From Nitrospirota bacterium (GTDB taxonomy: Bacteria > Nitrospirota > Thermodesulfovibrionia > Thermodesulfovibrionales > JdFR-86), in the NCBI GenBank assembly GCA_030638335.1, contig DAOWET010000078.1, positions 1 through 48,883 on the forward strand: a DNA stretch of 48,883 bases. The letters are read 5' to 3'. Within the stretch, counting starts at the first letter, position 1; each line of letters begins with the position of its first letter. Below the pieces are notes generated by a model. That model was not told where the DNA came from and did not search any database. It saw only the letters and a list, made by a program, of their open reading frames with translations. The translations under genes were made by a program, and so were the position numbers. Below are positions 8,965-17,229 of the stretch, in pieces.

Positions 8965-9071
8965 AACAGCACCAGAACAGCACCCCGTTTTTCTTTCTGA
9001 AGAGCAGATATCTCTCATATACATATTATCATGCCGTGGAGCTTGACGGATGTAAAGAAAATACAATTATC
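8965..9071 (-). promoter_or_regulatory. promoter cassette copy P1 (with the leader-like extension shared with P3)
   Basis: On the minus strand: GATAATTGTATTTTCTTTACA-N17/19-CATGATAAT. It abuts the hicA stop codon and points toward the 3' end of the small ORF at 8792-8953. Confidence 0.5.
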
Positions 9072-9281
9072 TTAAATGAGTTTTTTGAATGCTTCGTCTG
9101 TCAGGCCTGCGTCCTTGATTATCGCTTTAAGCGTATAAGGGTTAAGCCTTTTATGGTCAGCAATGGTTATGCGGCGTGTGCCATCGGACATGCCTATATG
9201 CTTTGACTTGGTAATAACCTTAAAGCCCGCCTTCTTAAATGCTCTTACTGCCCGTGCGGCAGAGACATCAGTAAAGAGCAC
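9072..9281 (-). CDS. hicA: type II toxin-antitoxin system HicA-family toxin (mRNA interferase)
   Basis: 69 aa of YcfA/HicA type: ...AFKKAGFKV...SKHIGMSDGTRRITIADHKRLNPYTLKAIIKDAGLT.EEF. It starts 1 nt after the stop of the HicB-like ORF. Confidence 0.82.
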   Translation of the reverse strand: MLFTDVSAARAVRAFKKAGFKVITKSKHIGMSDGTRRITIADHKRLNPYTLKAIIKDAGLTDEAFKKLI

Positions 9282-9282
9282 T

Positions 9283-9480
9283 CTAGACCGAAACCTCTAC
9301 TTGATAGACAGCGGCATCCTTAGTCTCAATCGCAATTGTCTTGAGATAAACCTGGATAGCGTCCTTTATATTTTCGAGGGCTTCTTCCAGGGTATCCCCC
9401 TGACTGTGACAGCCGGGTAGAACGGGACAATGGGCATCGAACCCATATTCGGACTGGTTTATTACTACAGGGTATTTCAT
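9283..9480 (-). CDS. hicB: type II toxin-antitoxin system HicB-family antitoxin
   Basis: MKYPVVINQSEYGFDAHCPVLPGCHSQGDTLEEALENIKDAIQVYL matches the HicB/UPF0150 N-terminal fold pattern. I chose the internal ATG at 9480 rather than 9555 because homologues begin at MKYPV-like sequences. Confidence 0.78.
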   Translation of the reverse strand: MKYPVVINQSEYGFDAHCPVLPGCHSQGDTLEEALENIKDAIQVYLKTIAIETKDAAVYQVEVSV

Positions 9481-9577
9481 ATTTAAATTATCATACAGTA
9501 CCAACTCAAATGTCAATGACTTGTCAGATAAATAATAAATTCTAGACACCACCATGCCCGCTATGCTCTAATATCTT

Positions 9578-9781
9578 ATGGAATCAAAAAAAGTGAAACG
9601 TGCAAAGCTTAACAGGAACAATTTTGTTCATGCCATCACGCCTGAGCAGATAGAGGAGTTTGCGCACATGTCCCCAAGGGACAGGCTCCGGTGGCTTGAG
9701 GAGGCTAATGCATTTATTAACAAGGCCGTTGGGCTCAAGGCACGCGCCGAATGGGACGAACGCTTTAAGGTTTTTCTTTAG
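9578..9781 (+). CDS. hypothetical small protein (67 aa)
   Basis: Basic N-terminus followed by a helical ...SPRDRLRWLEEANAFINKA... segment. It diverges from hicB and its 3' end overlaps the convergent Ymh-like gene by 17 nt. I did not recognise a family. Confidence 0.4.
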   Translation: MESKKVKRAKLNRNNFVHAITPEQIEEFAHMSPRDRLRWLEEANAFINKAVGLKARAEWDERFKVFL

Positions 9782-10508
9782 GCTTACTTTCAATTTCCTT
9801 TAAGATGCTTTTACCCAAATCCGTTAACTCAAACCAGCCAATCTCTTCCGGCAGATATGGATCTGACATGCGCTCATCCTGGTTTGAAGCATATGGCTCA
9901 AAAACATACCCCCCAAGACCATAATCAAAGATTGCTTCATATTGTTTATCGGTAAAACCATTTGAATATAAACTTTCAAATAAACCATCAACAGTATCAT
10001 CTATGATCGGGATACTTTCCAGAAGTCGTAATAACTCAGCTATCTTTTTAACATTCGGAAAAAGTTTTATCTCTACAAGTTCTTCACACCCACCATCCGC
10101 AGTAATGCTTTTTGTTGATACATCAATAAGATCCATAATATCACTCGCCAGAATCATAATCTTTATGCAGTGAGACTCATCAATTTTACTGCCATCGTGT
10201 ACTGTATAATTTCGATAATATGAAAAAACACCTAATAGATACTGACAGGCATCCTTTTGCATATCCTCTCCAAATGGGACATGTAATTTAATTCCATTTT
10301 CACTGTTTCCAAACAACTTCCTTATCAGTTTTACTCCAAAAGGCTTCCTTGTCAAAAAACCAGACTTTTCCTTCAATGCTCTTTCAACTTGCGCAAGTGC
10401 TTCAGAAGAAGCCGGTTTATAGTGGCCATCACCATAAAGTTTTTTACAGTGACTCACTATTCTTGGATGGAGAAGACTTTCTAGCTCAAGAGTTTTCATA
10501 ACCAGCAT
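9765..10508 (-). CDS. TIGR02391 / Hypoth_Ymh-like protein (HEPN-type Rx4H motif) with an uncharacterised C-terminal extension
   Basis: LHPRIVSHCKKLYGDGHYKPASSEALAQVERALKEK...LLGVFSYYRNYTVHDG follows the TIGR02391 pattern and includes an R-x4-H motif. About 110 further residues have no recognisable domain. The gene is low-GC. Confidence 0.65.
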   Translation of the reverse strand: MLVMKTLELESLLHPRIVSHCKKLYGDGHYKPASSEALAQVERALKEKSGFLTRKPFGVKLIRKLFGNSENGIKLHVPFGEDMQKDACQYLLGVFSYYRNYTVHDGSKIDESHCIKIMILASDIMDLIDVSTKSITADGGCEELVEIKLFPNVKKIAELLRLLESIPIIDDTVDGLFESLYSNGFTDKQYEAIFDYGLGGYVFEPYASNQDERMSDPYLPEEIGWFELTDLGKSILKEIESKPKEKP

Positions 10509-10546
10509 ATTATGCCGTGGGGATTGAAGGATGTAAAGAAAATACG
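10507..10546 (-). promoter_or_regulatory. promoter cassette copy P2, directly upstream of the Ymh/HEPN-like gene
   Basis: On the minus strand: GTATTTTCTTTACA (-35 TTTACA, 10532-10537), a 17-nt spacer, then CATAAT (10509-10514). The -10 box directly abuts the first ATG. Confidence 0.6.
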
Positions 10547-10613
10547 ACTAGCGCGGGTGGGGAAGGTTTAAGGACTTTCCCTTTAAAAGAGGTCTTTGGG
10601 TTTTTAGAAAAAG

Positions 10614-10650
10614 AACAACGCCCTGTCTCTACTAAAGACAGGGCGTTGTT
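10614..10650. terminator. strong bidirectional terminator hairpin
   Basis: 15-bp stem aacaacgccctgtct / agacagggcgttgtt. T-runs flank it on both strands. It separates the DUF2892 operon from the low-GC island. Confidence 0.8.
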
Positions 10651-10699
10651 TTAACTTTATCGTTTTAAGGCTGAACCAGCCTTAACAGGAACGGGGCCC

Positions 10700-10888
10700 T
10701 CATGTACTGCCCGCGCCGCCAAAGAGCATCTCGAAAAAGCTCTGGGGCTCGTGCTTGACTATATTATCGCCGCCATAGATGGGGCAGTTCTGTTTGTTGA
10801 TATCCTCCGATGCATTGAGCGCCAGTTCACATCCCCTGCCGCACTGCAGACACATGCAACAATGTTTCATTAACCTTGTCCTCTCCAT
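10700..10888 (-). CDS. small Cys-rich protein (62 aa), hypothetical
   Basis: The CCMCLQCGRGCE...NCP cysteine cluster. An ATGA overlap with the upstream DUF2892-like gene suggests coupling. Confidence 0.5.
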   Translation of the reverse strand: MERTRLMKHCCMCLQCGRGCELALNASEDINKQNCPIYGGDNIVKHEPQSFFEMLFGGAGST

Positions 10889-11142
10889 CAGGCGCTCTCA
10901 TTCCCCGGAGCCTTTGATACCCTGCAAAGCCTGGGCCTGGCCCCCATGGCATGGAGCATGTTTGCCATCAGGCAAAATCCGCTCGCGCCGAATACTATTA
11001 AGTTTACACCCACAAGGGCATTAAGAATCAACCCCCACCTGCTGACAAAAAGTGCAAGGGCAAGCCCGGCAAGGCTCACAACACCCGCCAGCACCCATAT
11101 TATCCGCTCAAGATACCATCCGTCCGTCCTCGCAAAATACAT
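10888..11142 (-). CDS. DUF2892 (YgaP C-terminal-like) two-TM membrane protein
   Basis: ...ERIIWVLAGVVSLAGLALALFVS.WGLILNALVGVNLIVFGASGFCLMANML... matches the DUF2892 pattern, including the conserved Cys. Confidence 0.65.
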   Translation of the reverse strand: MYFARTDGWYLERIIWVLAGVVSLAGLALALFVSRWGLILNALVGVNLIVFGASGFCLMANMLHAMGARPRLCRVSKAPGNESA

Positions 11143-11321
11143 TTAAATCCGCCTTTCCACAGCCTTCATACCGGAATCCGCAGGCTGTCTTTGATATAAA
11201 CGTATTATACTTTGTTTATATGATAATGTCAAGCCTGACACTCATGTGTTGCCCGCAAGTCCTCATTATTTAATCAATTGTCAGTTTAATTTTAGGTTTG
11301 TAATGTTTATAATATAATGAT

Positions 11322-11660
11322 ATGCATTCCGGGTTTAACACTAATGTGCCCTACAAGGGCAAAATGTACCACGTCCAGACGGAGGATGGCGGGGCACGAA
11401 ACCCTGTGCTCACGACCCTGCTGTACCACAAGGGCGAGATACTCCTTTCGGAAAAGATCAGCTACGCCGACGTGCTGGTGGACGACGACTGGAAGGAGAA
11501 GGTCCTGGAGCGCATGAAGGACCAGCACAGGGGCATCATCAAGGACCTCATGGCCGGAAAACACACCGGAGAGGCACAGGATGCCGCAGCACCCGGGGAG
11601 CAGAAAGAACTCACTTTGGAGGAGACCATCATCGAATACATCATCGGGGCCGGGGCATAG
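11322..11660 (+). CDS. hypothetical protein (112 aa)
   Basis: Backbone-like codon usage. It ends 3 nt before ftsE, so it is probably co-transcribed. The antisense ORFs here are spurious. Confidence 0.55.
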   Translation: MHSGFNTNVPYKGKMYHVQTEDGGARNPVLTTLLYHKGEILLSEKISYADVLVDDDWKEKVLERMKDQHRGIIKDLMAGKHTGEAQDAAAPGEQKELTLEETIIEYIIGAGA

Positions 11661-11663
11661 CAC

Positions 11664-12332
11664 GTGGTCCGGTTCGAGAACGTTACCAAATCATACGACG
11701 AAGGCAGCCCGCCAATACTCAAGAACATATCCTTCGAGGTGCGCCGCGGTGAGATGGCATACATCACCGGGCCATCGGGCGCTGGCAAGACCACTCTTCT
11801 AAAACTCATCTCCCTTGAGGAATGGGCGGAAGATGGCGCTGTGATCGTGGACGGCGAGGATGTGGAGGAGATACCAGAGGTGGAGGTCCCCCTCTTCCGC
11901 CGGAAGATCGGCATCGTATTCCAGGACTTCAAGCTGCTCCTGAACCGCACCGTGTTCGAGAACGTGGCGCTTACGCTCCGCGTGCGCAAGGACAACGAGC
12001 AGTACATAAGGGTGCAGGTGCACGAAACACTCAAGATGGTGAACCTGAGGCACAAGGCAGACGCCATGCCCCTTACGCTCTCGGGCGGCGAGCAGCAGAG
12101 GGTAGCCATAGCCAGGGCGCTGATAGCCGAGCCCACTCTCCTGCTTGCTGACGAGCCCACCGGAAACCTGGACCCTGACACCTCGGCGGGCATCGTGCGC
12201 ATCTTCAAGGAGATAAACGCAAGGGGCACCACCGTGCTGCACGCCACGCACGACCGCGACCTGTTCAGGGGCTCCGGTTACAGGGTGTTCCGCATAGAGG
12301 GCGGGGCCATCACCCTGGAGGAGGGGATTTGA
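11664..12332 (+). CDS. ftsE: cell-division ABC transporter ATP-binding protein FtsE
   Basis: GTG start. Walker A GPSGAGKTT, signature LSGGEQQRVAIARAL, Walker B LLLADEPTGNLD. Confidence 0.92.
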   Translation: MVRFENVTKSYDEGSPPILKNISFEVRRGEMAYITGPSGAGKTTLLKLISLEEWAEDGAVIVDGEDVEEIPEVEVPLFRRKIGIVFQDFKLLLNRTVFENVALTLRVRKDNEQYIRVQVHETLKMVNLRHKADAMPLTLSGGEQQRVAIARALIAEPTLLLADEPTGNLDPDTSAGIVRIFKEINARGTTVLHATHDRDLFRGSGYRVFRIEGGAITLEEGI

Positions 12333-13198
12333 ACTATACCCTCAAGACGGCATTCCAGGGCCTGTGGCACGACAAGTGGATGAACCTGCTGTGCACGCTC
12401 ACCATCGCCACCAGCCTGTTCCTCATAAGCCTGGCATCGGTGGTCTACCTGAACATAAAAGCCGTCACCACAAAGCTGCCCGAGAGGTTCTCCATAACCG
12501 TGTTCCTGAACGAGGACCTGGAAGAGGAGCGCATAGAGGCGATAATCAGCCAGGTGGAGAAACACTCCTCCGTGAAGAAGCTCAAGTACATCACCAGGGA
12601 GCAGGGGCTTGCGGACTTGCGGCTCTCTCTGGGGGACGCGGACTACGTGCTTGAGGGCATAGAGGGCAACCCGCTTCCGCCAACGCTGGAGCTGGGGGTA
12701 ACCAGAAGCGCTGTGTCCGGAGACGGCGTGGGCAGGCTCGTGCGTGACGTGATGAAGATAGAGGGCGTGGACGACGCCTACTACGCGCCAAAGCTGCTGC
12801 GCATCATATCCATGGCAAGCAGGTACACTGACAAGGCCGGGGCCTTGATAATCATCCTGCTGGCAGTGGCCGGGTTCTTCGTATCATACGCGACCATAAA
12901 GATACTCTTCTACAGCAAGCAGGATGAGATTGGCACCATGAAGCTCCTGGGCGCCACAAAGGGATTCATGCGCGCCCCGTTCATCATCGAAGGGGCGGTC
13001 ATCGGGGGGGTGGCGGGCCTCATGAGCTTCATCGCCTTCCTGACGCTCTACGCGCTTGTGTACCTCAGGCTTTCCGCGCAGTTCCCGATCCTGAAGGAGA
13101 TATGGGTCCCAATCGAGATGCTCCCGGCCATACCCCTTGCGGGCCTAGTTATCGGCGTGATTGGGGCGCTTATCGCCATCGGTAGAATAAGGTTCTAG
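12329..13198 (+). CDS. ftsX: cell-division permease-like protein FtsX
   Basis: Overlaps ftsE by 4 nt. One N-terminal TM, a periplasmic domain and three C-terminal TMs, the typical FtsX architecture. Confidence 0.88.
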   Translation: MNYTLKTAFQGLWHDKWMNLLCTLTIATSLFLISLASVVYLNIKAVTTKLPERFSITVFLNEDLEEERIEAIISQVEKHSSVKKLKYITREQGLADLRLSLGDADYVLEGIEGNPLPPTLELGVTRSAVSGDGVGRLVRDVMKIEGVDDAYYAPKLLRIISMASRYTDKAGALIIILLAVAGFFVSYATIKILFYSKQDEIGTMKLLGATKGFMRAPFIIEGAVIGGVAGLMSFIAFLTLYALVYLRLSAQFPILKEIWVPIEMLPAIPLAGLVIGVIGALIAIGRIRF

Positions 13199-13201
13199 CC
13201 C

Positions 13202-14380
13202 ATGCGCGGCTTTCATAGGCATCCCGGCGGCCCCTTCGCGCACGCCGCGTCTTTTCTTATTGCCATCATATTCTCGCTGGCCCTTGCGCAGCCCTCCTTG
13301 GGCGCGTACACGGACGCAAAGAGCAAGTACAAGGAGATCAAGCGCCAGATAGAGGACAAGCAGGAGAAGCTCGAAGAGGCTGCGAAGCTGGAGACCGCCA
13401 CGCTGAGCCACATCCACCTGGCAAACCGCAAGCTCCAGAAGGTGCGGAGCAACCTCAACAGATACCGCTCCCTGATGGAAGAGGCCCTGATCGAGATAGA
13501 GCGTGCAAAGCTCGAGATCGCTGACCTTGAAAAGGGCATAAGCAGGAAGCGCAACTGGCTGAGGAGAAAGCTGCTTGCCATGCAGCGCTTTGGCAAGCAC
13601 GGAGACCTCTTGCTCGCAGTGGGCGCGGCCGACGACATCGCAGGGGCCATGAGGCGATGGAAGTACCTTGAGGCCCTCTCGGCCAACGAGCACAAGGCCC
13701 TGGAGCAGTACAAGGCCGACCTTGCGGTGCTCAAGCGCAAGAAGGACAAGCTCACCACCATGCTGGACAGGTATAAGGAGCAGGAGAAGAAGGTCCAGAA
13801 GTCCGAACTCTCGCTTGAGAGGGAGATGGGCAGGAAGGAACTCCTGCTGGCCTCCGTGCGAAAAGACAAGGTGACCTACACGCGGCTCTTGAGGGAGCTG
13901 AGGAAGGCCTCGGCACGGATGCAGAAGATCATCCGGCAGTCAGAGCAGAGGAGGTCCTCGCAGTACAAAGGCAGTGACTTCAGGCGCTTCAAGGGCAAGC
14001 TCCCCTGGCCGGTGCTCGGCAACGTGGCCATACCCTACGGCTCGCAGAAGGACCCCCGCTTCAACACCCCGGTGTTCAGAAACGGCATCTACATAGACGC
14101 CGAGGAGGAGGCCATTACAACCTCTGTGCACGGGGGCAAGGTGGTGTTCGCGGACTGGTTCGAGGGCTACGGGCAGCTGGTCATAGTCAACCACGGATCG
14201 GGGTATCATTCCCTGTACGGGAACCTGGACGAGATTTTTCTGCGCACGGGCGATATAATAAGTAAAGACGCGGCAGTGGGCAAGGTGGGCACCTCCGGCA
14301 TCACGGAGAACCCCTCCCTGTACTTCGAGATCAGATACAAGGGCAAGCCCCTGAACCCGTCGCAATGGCTTAAACGCTAA
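13202..14380 (+). CDS. murein hydrolase activator / M23 (LytM) peptidase family protein, EnvC-like
   Basis: Signal sequence, then a long coiled coil rich in K/E/L. The C-terminal LytM domain reads ...VNHGSGYHSLYGNL...G.VG.SG....PSLYFEIR. Confidence 0.88.
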   Translation: MRGFHRHPGGPFAHAASFLIAIIFSLALAQPSLGAYTDAKSKYKEIKRQIEDKQEKLEEAAKLETATLSHIHLANRKLQKVRSNLNRYRSLMEEALIEIERAKLEIADLEKGISRKRNWLRRKLLAMQRFGKHGDLLLAVGAADDIAGAMRRWKYLEALSANEHKALEQYKADLAVLKRKKDKLTTMLDRYKEQEKKVQKSELSLEREMGRKELLLASVRKDKVTYTRLLRELRKASARMQKIIRQSEQRRSSQYKGSDFRRFKGKLPWPVLGNVAIPYGSQKDPRFNTPVFRNGIYIDAEEEAITTSVHGGKVVFADWFEGYGQLVIVNHGSGYHSLYGNLDEIFLRTGDIISKDAAVGKVGTSGITENPSLYFEIRYKGKPLNPSQWLKR

Positions 14381-14407
14381 CCATATCTCCGGAGGAATTG
14401 ACGCACT

Positions 14408-15730
14408 ATGAATAAAATGACACGCTTTCTGCTTATTACGGCAATAATCGCACTTGTGCTGACCAGCGCGCTTGTGGGCATAAGGCTCACAGGCGACGTG
14501 AGCGCGCAAAACAGCGAGTACGAAGACCTGAAGATATTCACCGAGGTCCTGACCACGGTCAAACGCAACTACGTGGAGGACGTGGAGACCAAGGACCTCA
14601 TCTACGACGCCCTTAACGGCATGCTAAAGAGCCTTGACCCGCACTCGGCCTTCCTCACCCCCGATTCCTTCAAGGAGATGAAAGTGGAGACCAAGGGCGA
14701 GTTCGGCGGCCTTGGCATACAGATAAGCATACGCGACAACGTACTGACCATAATCTCGCCCATCGAGGACACGCCCGCCTGGCGCATCGGGCTCAAGTCC
14801 GGAGACCAGATCATCAAGATCGAGGACGAGTCCACAAAGGACATGTCGCTGTTTGACGCGGTCAAGAGAATGCGCGGCAAGAAGGGCACCGAGGTCACGA
14901 TCACCATCATGCGCGAGGGACTCAAAAAGCCGAAGGACTATACCATCGTGCGCGCCATCATCAAGATCCAGAGCGTCAAGAGCAAGATGATAGACGACGA
15001 GATAGGCTATATAAAACTGAGCGCGTTCCAGGAACGCTCGGCAGGCGACATGGCCAAGGCGCTGAAAACACTGGTGCGAGACGGGGCCTCGGGCCTCATC
15101 CTCGACCTCAGGAACAACCCCGGCGGCCTGCTCACAAGCGCCATTGACATATCGAGCCTCTTCCTGCCCAAGGACCAGATGGTGGTCTACACCAAGGGGC
15201 GGGGGGGCGTAAAGACCGAGTACCGCGCCAGGGGCAACGCCATCACGCACTCCATACCCATGGTGGTGCTCTTGAACCAGGGAAGCGCGAGCGCGTCGGA
15301 GATAGTGGCGGGCGCCATAAAGGACTGGAAGCGCGGGGTGGTGCTTGGGACCACGAGCTTTGGCAAGGCATCCGTGCAGAGCGTCATACCCTTAAGCGAC
15401 GGCGCGGGCATCCGCATCACCACCGCAAAATACTACACCCCGAAGGGCTCGCTCATTCAGAACACGGGCATCACGCCTGACATCACCGTGGAGCTAAAGA
15501 GCACCGACGGGGCTGTGGCGCATTCCATCATCAGAGAGAACGACCTTGAGGGAAGGCTCGACAACGAGCAGACCGAAGAGGACAACGACAATGGCAACGG
15601 CCACGGCGAGGGTGACAAGAAGAAGGTTGTCATGCTCAGGGACGTAAAGGAAGAGGACGACAACCAGTTGCAGAGGGCCGTTGACCTGCTGAAGACCTGG
15701 TCCGTTTTCAAAGAGCTGCCAACAGGTTAG
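14408..15730 (+). CDS. ctpA: carboxy-terminal processing protease (S41 family, PDZ domain)
   Basis: GGLGI...PA...GL..GD.I..I PDZ motif, DLRNNPGGLL, a GSASASEIVAGA serine motif and TSFGKASVQ. Confidence 0.92.
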   Translation: MNKMTRFLLITAIIALVLTSALVGIRLTGDVSAQNSEYEDLKIFTEVLTTVKRNYVEDVETKDLIYDALNGMLKSLDPHSAFLTPDSFKEMKVETKGEFGGLGIQISIRDNVLTIISPIEDTPAWRIGLKSGDQIIKIEDESTKDMSLFDAVKRMRGKKGTEVTITIMREGLKKPKDYTIVRAIIKIQSVKSKMIDDEIGYIKLSAFQERSAGDMAKALKTLVRDGASGLILDLRNNPGGLLTSAIDISSLFLPKDQMVVYTKGRGGVKTEYRARGNAITHSIPMVVLLNQGSASASEIVAGAIKDWKRGVVLGTTSFGKASVQSVIPLSDGAGIRITTAKYYTPKGSLIQNTGITPDITVELKSTDGAVAHSIIRENDLEGRLDNEQTEEDNDNGNGHGEGDKKKVVMLRDVKEEDDNQLQRAVDLLKTWSVFKELPTG

Positions 15731-15752
15731 GCTGTCAGGGACGGTAAAAAGA

Positions 15753-16433
15753 ATGTCCCGCATTATCCTTGATATAGAGACATCGGGCGTGGGGCTTGAC
15801 GCCCTGGACCCCGCCATGCGCCAGTACATGCTCCGGGGGGCAGAGACCAAGGAGCAGGTACAGGAGGTGGATGACACGCTCTCCTTTTATCCCCTTACCG
15901 CCCAGGTGGTGGCCATCGGGCTCCTGAACGCTGATACGCTAAAAGGGGAGATGTACTACCTGGCCCCGGCAGAGCAGGCAGCCCTGCCCCTTGAGGAAGA
16001 AGGCGTGACCTTCGAGGCCTTTGCGGAAGAGGCCCCTATGCTCGAGAAGTTCTGGCTTACGGTCAAGGGCTATGACTCCGTGGTCACGTATAATGGACGC
16101 GGATTTGACTGTCCTTTCCTTCTTACACGCTCTGCAATTCACAAAATAGAGCCTACCAAGGAACTTATGCCGAACCGCTATTCCTCTGACGAGCACATAG
16201 ACCTCATGGACAGGCTCACGTTCTTCGGGTCCGTGAGGAGGCGCTTCAGCCTGGACATGTGGTGCAGGGCATTTGGCATCAAAAGCCCGAAGGAGGAGGT
16301 CTCGGGCAAGCAGGTGCCCGAGATGTTCAGGGATGGCAGGTATCTTGAGATCGCCCGCTACTGCGCGCGCGACCTGTTCGCCACGCGGGAGTTGCTCATG
16401 TACTGGGAAAAATACATGAGGTACAGGAAGTAG
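15753..16433 (+). CDS. RNase H-like 3'-5' exonuclease (PolB-exonuclease-like domain)
   Basis: ILDIETSG (ExoI-like DxE), ...VTYNGRGFDCPFL..., ...HIDLMD..., ...YCARDL... These resemble DEDDy-type motifs. Confidence 0.7.
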   Translation: MSRIILDIETSGVGLDALDPAMRQYMLRGAETKEQVQEVDDTLSFYPLTAQVVAIGLLNADTLKGEMYYLAPAEQAALPLEEEGVTFEAFAEEAPMLEKFWLTVKGYDSVVTYNGRGFDCPFLLTRSAIHKIEPTKELMPNRYSSDEHIDLMDRLTFFGSVRRRFSLDMWCRAFGIKSPKEEVSGKQVPEMFRDGRYLEIARYCARDLFATRELLMYWEKYMRYRK

Positions 16434-16871
16434 TCCTTTAAGGACCCCGGACATCCCCTCACTTTTTTTGAATCCGTGAATATTCCAGTAGCACGCTGAC
16501 TGTAATTGACAGTTATCTTTTTTCTGAAACTGCTGGAGACTGTAAATGTAAAAAAACATTCGAGGCTGACGGCCACCAGTTTAACGGGGTCACGGACTCT
16601 TTTCAGAACCTTGCCAAACCGGTTAAGGAACCTCTGCTGCGAACCCGTCTGAAGATAGCCTCTGAATGCACTGTCAATCCCAATGTAACTCACTGATTTG
16701 CCAGTAATCTTTGTGCTTCCCTGCCCATATATATTGGCAGATCCATATTATGTTCCCGTTCAAATATTGACCTTTACAAGGTCTGCATATCGTAGTAACA
16801 TGTTTATAACCGGGGGCTGTAAACATGCAGCCCTTTTGTGTTTAAAGAGCTGGTGACCTGGAGGATGCTGA

Positions 16872-17222
16872 ATGTCAAAGAAGATACTTATTGTAGATGA
16901 TTCCATATCGATCAGGTTATTCTTAAAAAGTTTTGTGCTGGAAAAGGGATACAGTTTCATTGAGGCCAAGGACGGGCAGGAGGGACTTGAAAAATTCATG
17001 GAATACGACCCTGATATCACGATCCTGGACCTCACCATGCCTGTAATGACCGGCATGGAGGCCCTAGAGAAGATGAAAGAGCATAATCCAGAGGCAAAGA
17101 TATGGATAATGACGGCTGATACGCAGAAAAAAACACATGAACATGCGATTTCTCTTGGGGCTGAATCCGTCCTGAAAAAGCCACCCGTAAAGGAAGTCAT
17201 CCATTGTGTGATCGACCAATAA
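16872..17222 (+). CDS. CheY-like single-domain response regulator
   Basis: KKILIVDDS...ILDLTMPVMTG...TA...KPP receiver motifs. GGAGG lies 7 nt upstream of the ATG. Confidence 0.88.
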   Translation: MSKKILIVDDSISIRLFLKSFVLEKGYSFIEAKDGQEGLEKFMEYDPDITILDLTMPVMTGMEALEKMKEHNPEAKIWIMTADTQKKTHEHAISLGAESVLKKPPVKEVIHCVIDQ

Positions 17223-17229
17223 GAGGTGA

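Noticed and set aside
9481-9555. The longer HicB start at 9555, which would add 25 N-terminal residues.
   Set aside because: The extension (MVVSRIYYLSDKSLTFELVLYDNLN) is AT-rich, unlike HicB N-termini, and would leave only 22 nt for the divergent promoter region. The homology-like sequence begins at MKYPVV (9480).
16560-16693. A possible transposase or IS remnant (peptide ...IGIDSAFRGYLQTGSQQRFLNRFGKVLKRVRDPVKLV on the minus strand).
   Set aside because: It only vaguely resembles IS5/ISL3 C-terminal patterns. I found no DDE motif, no inverted repeats and no target duplication, so I cannot support it without a database search.
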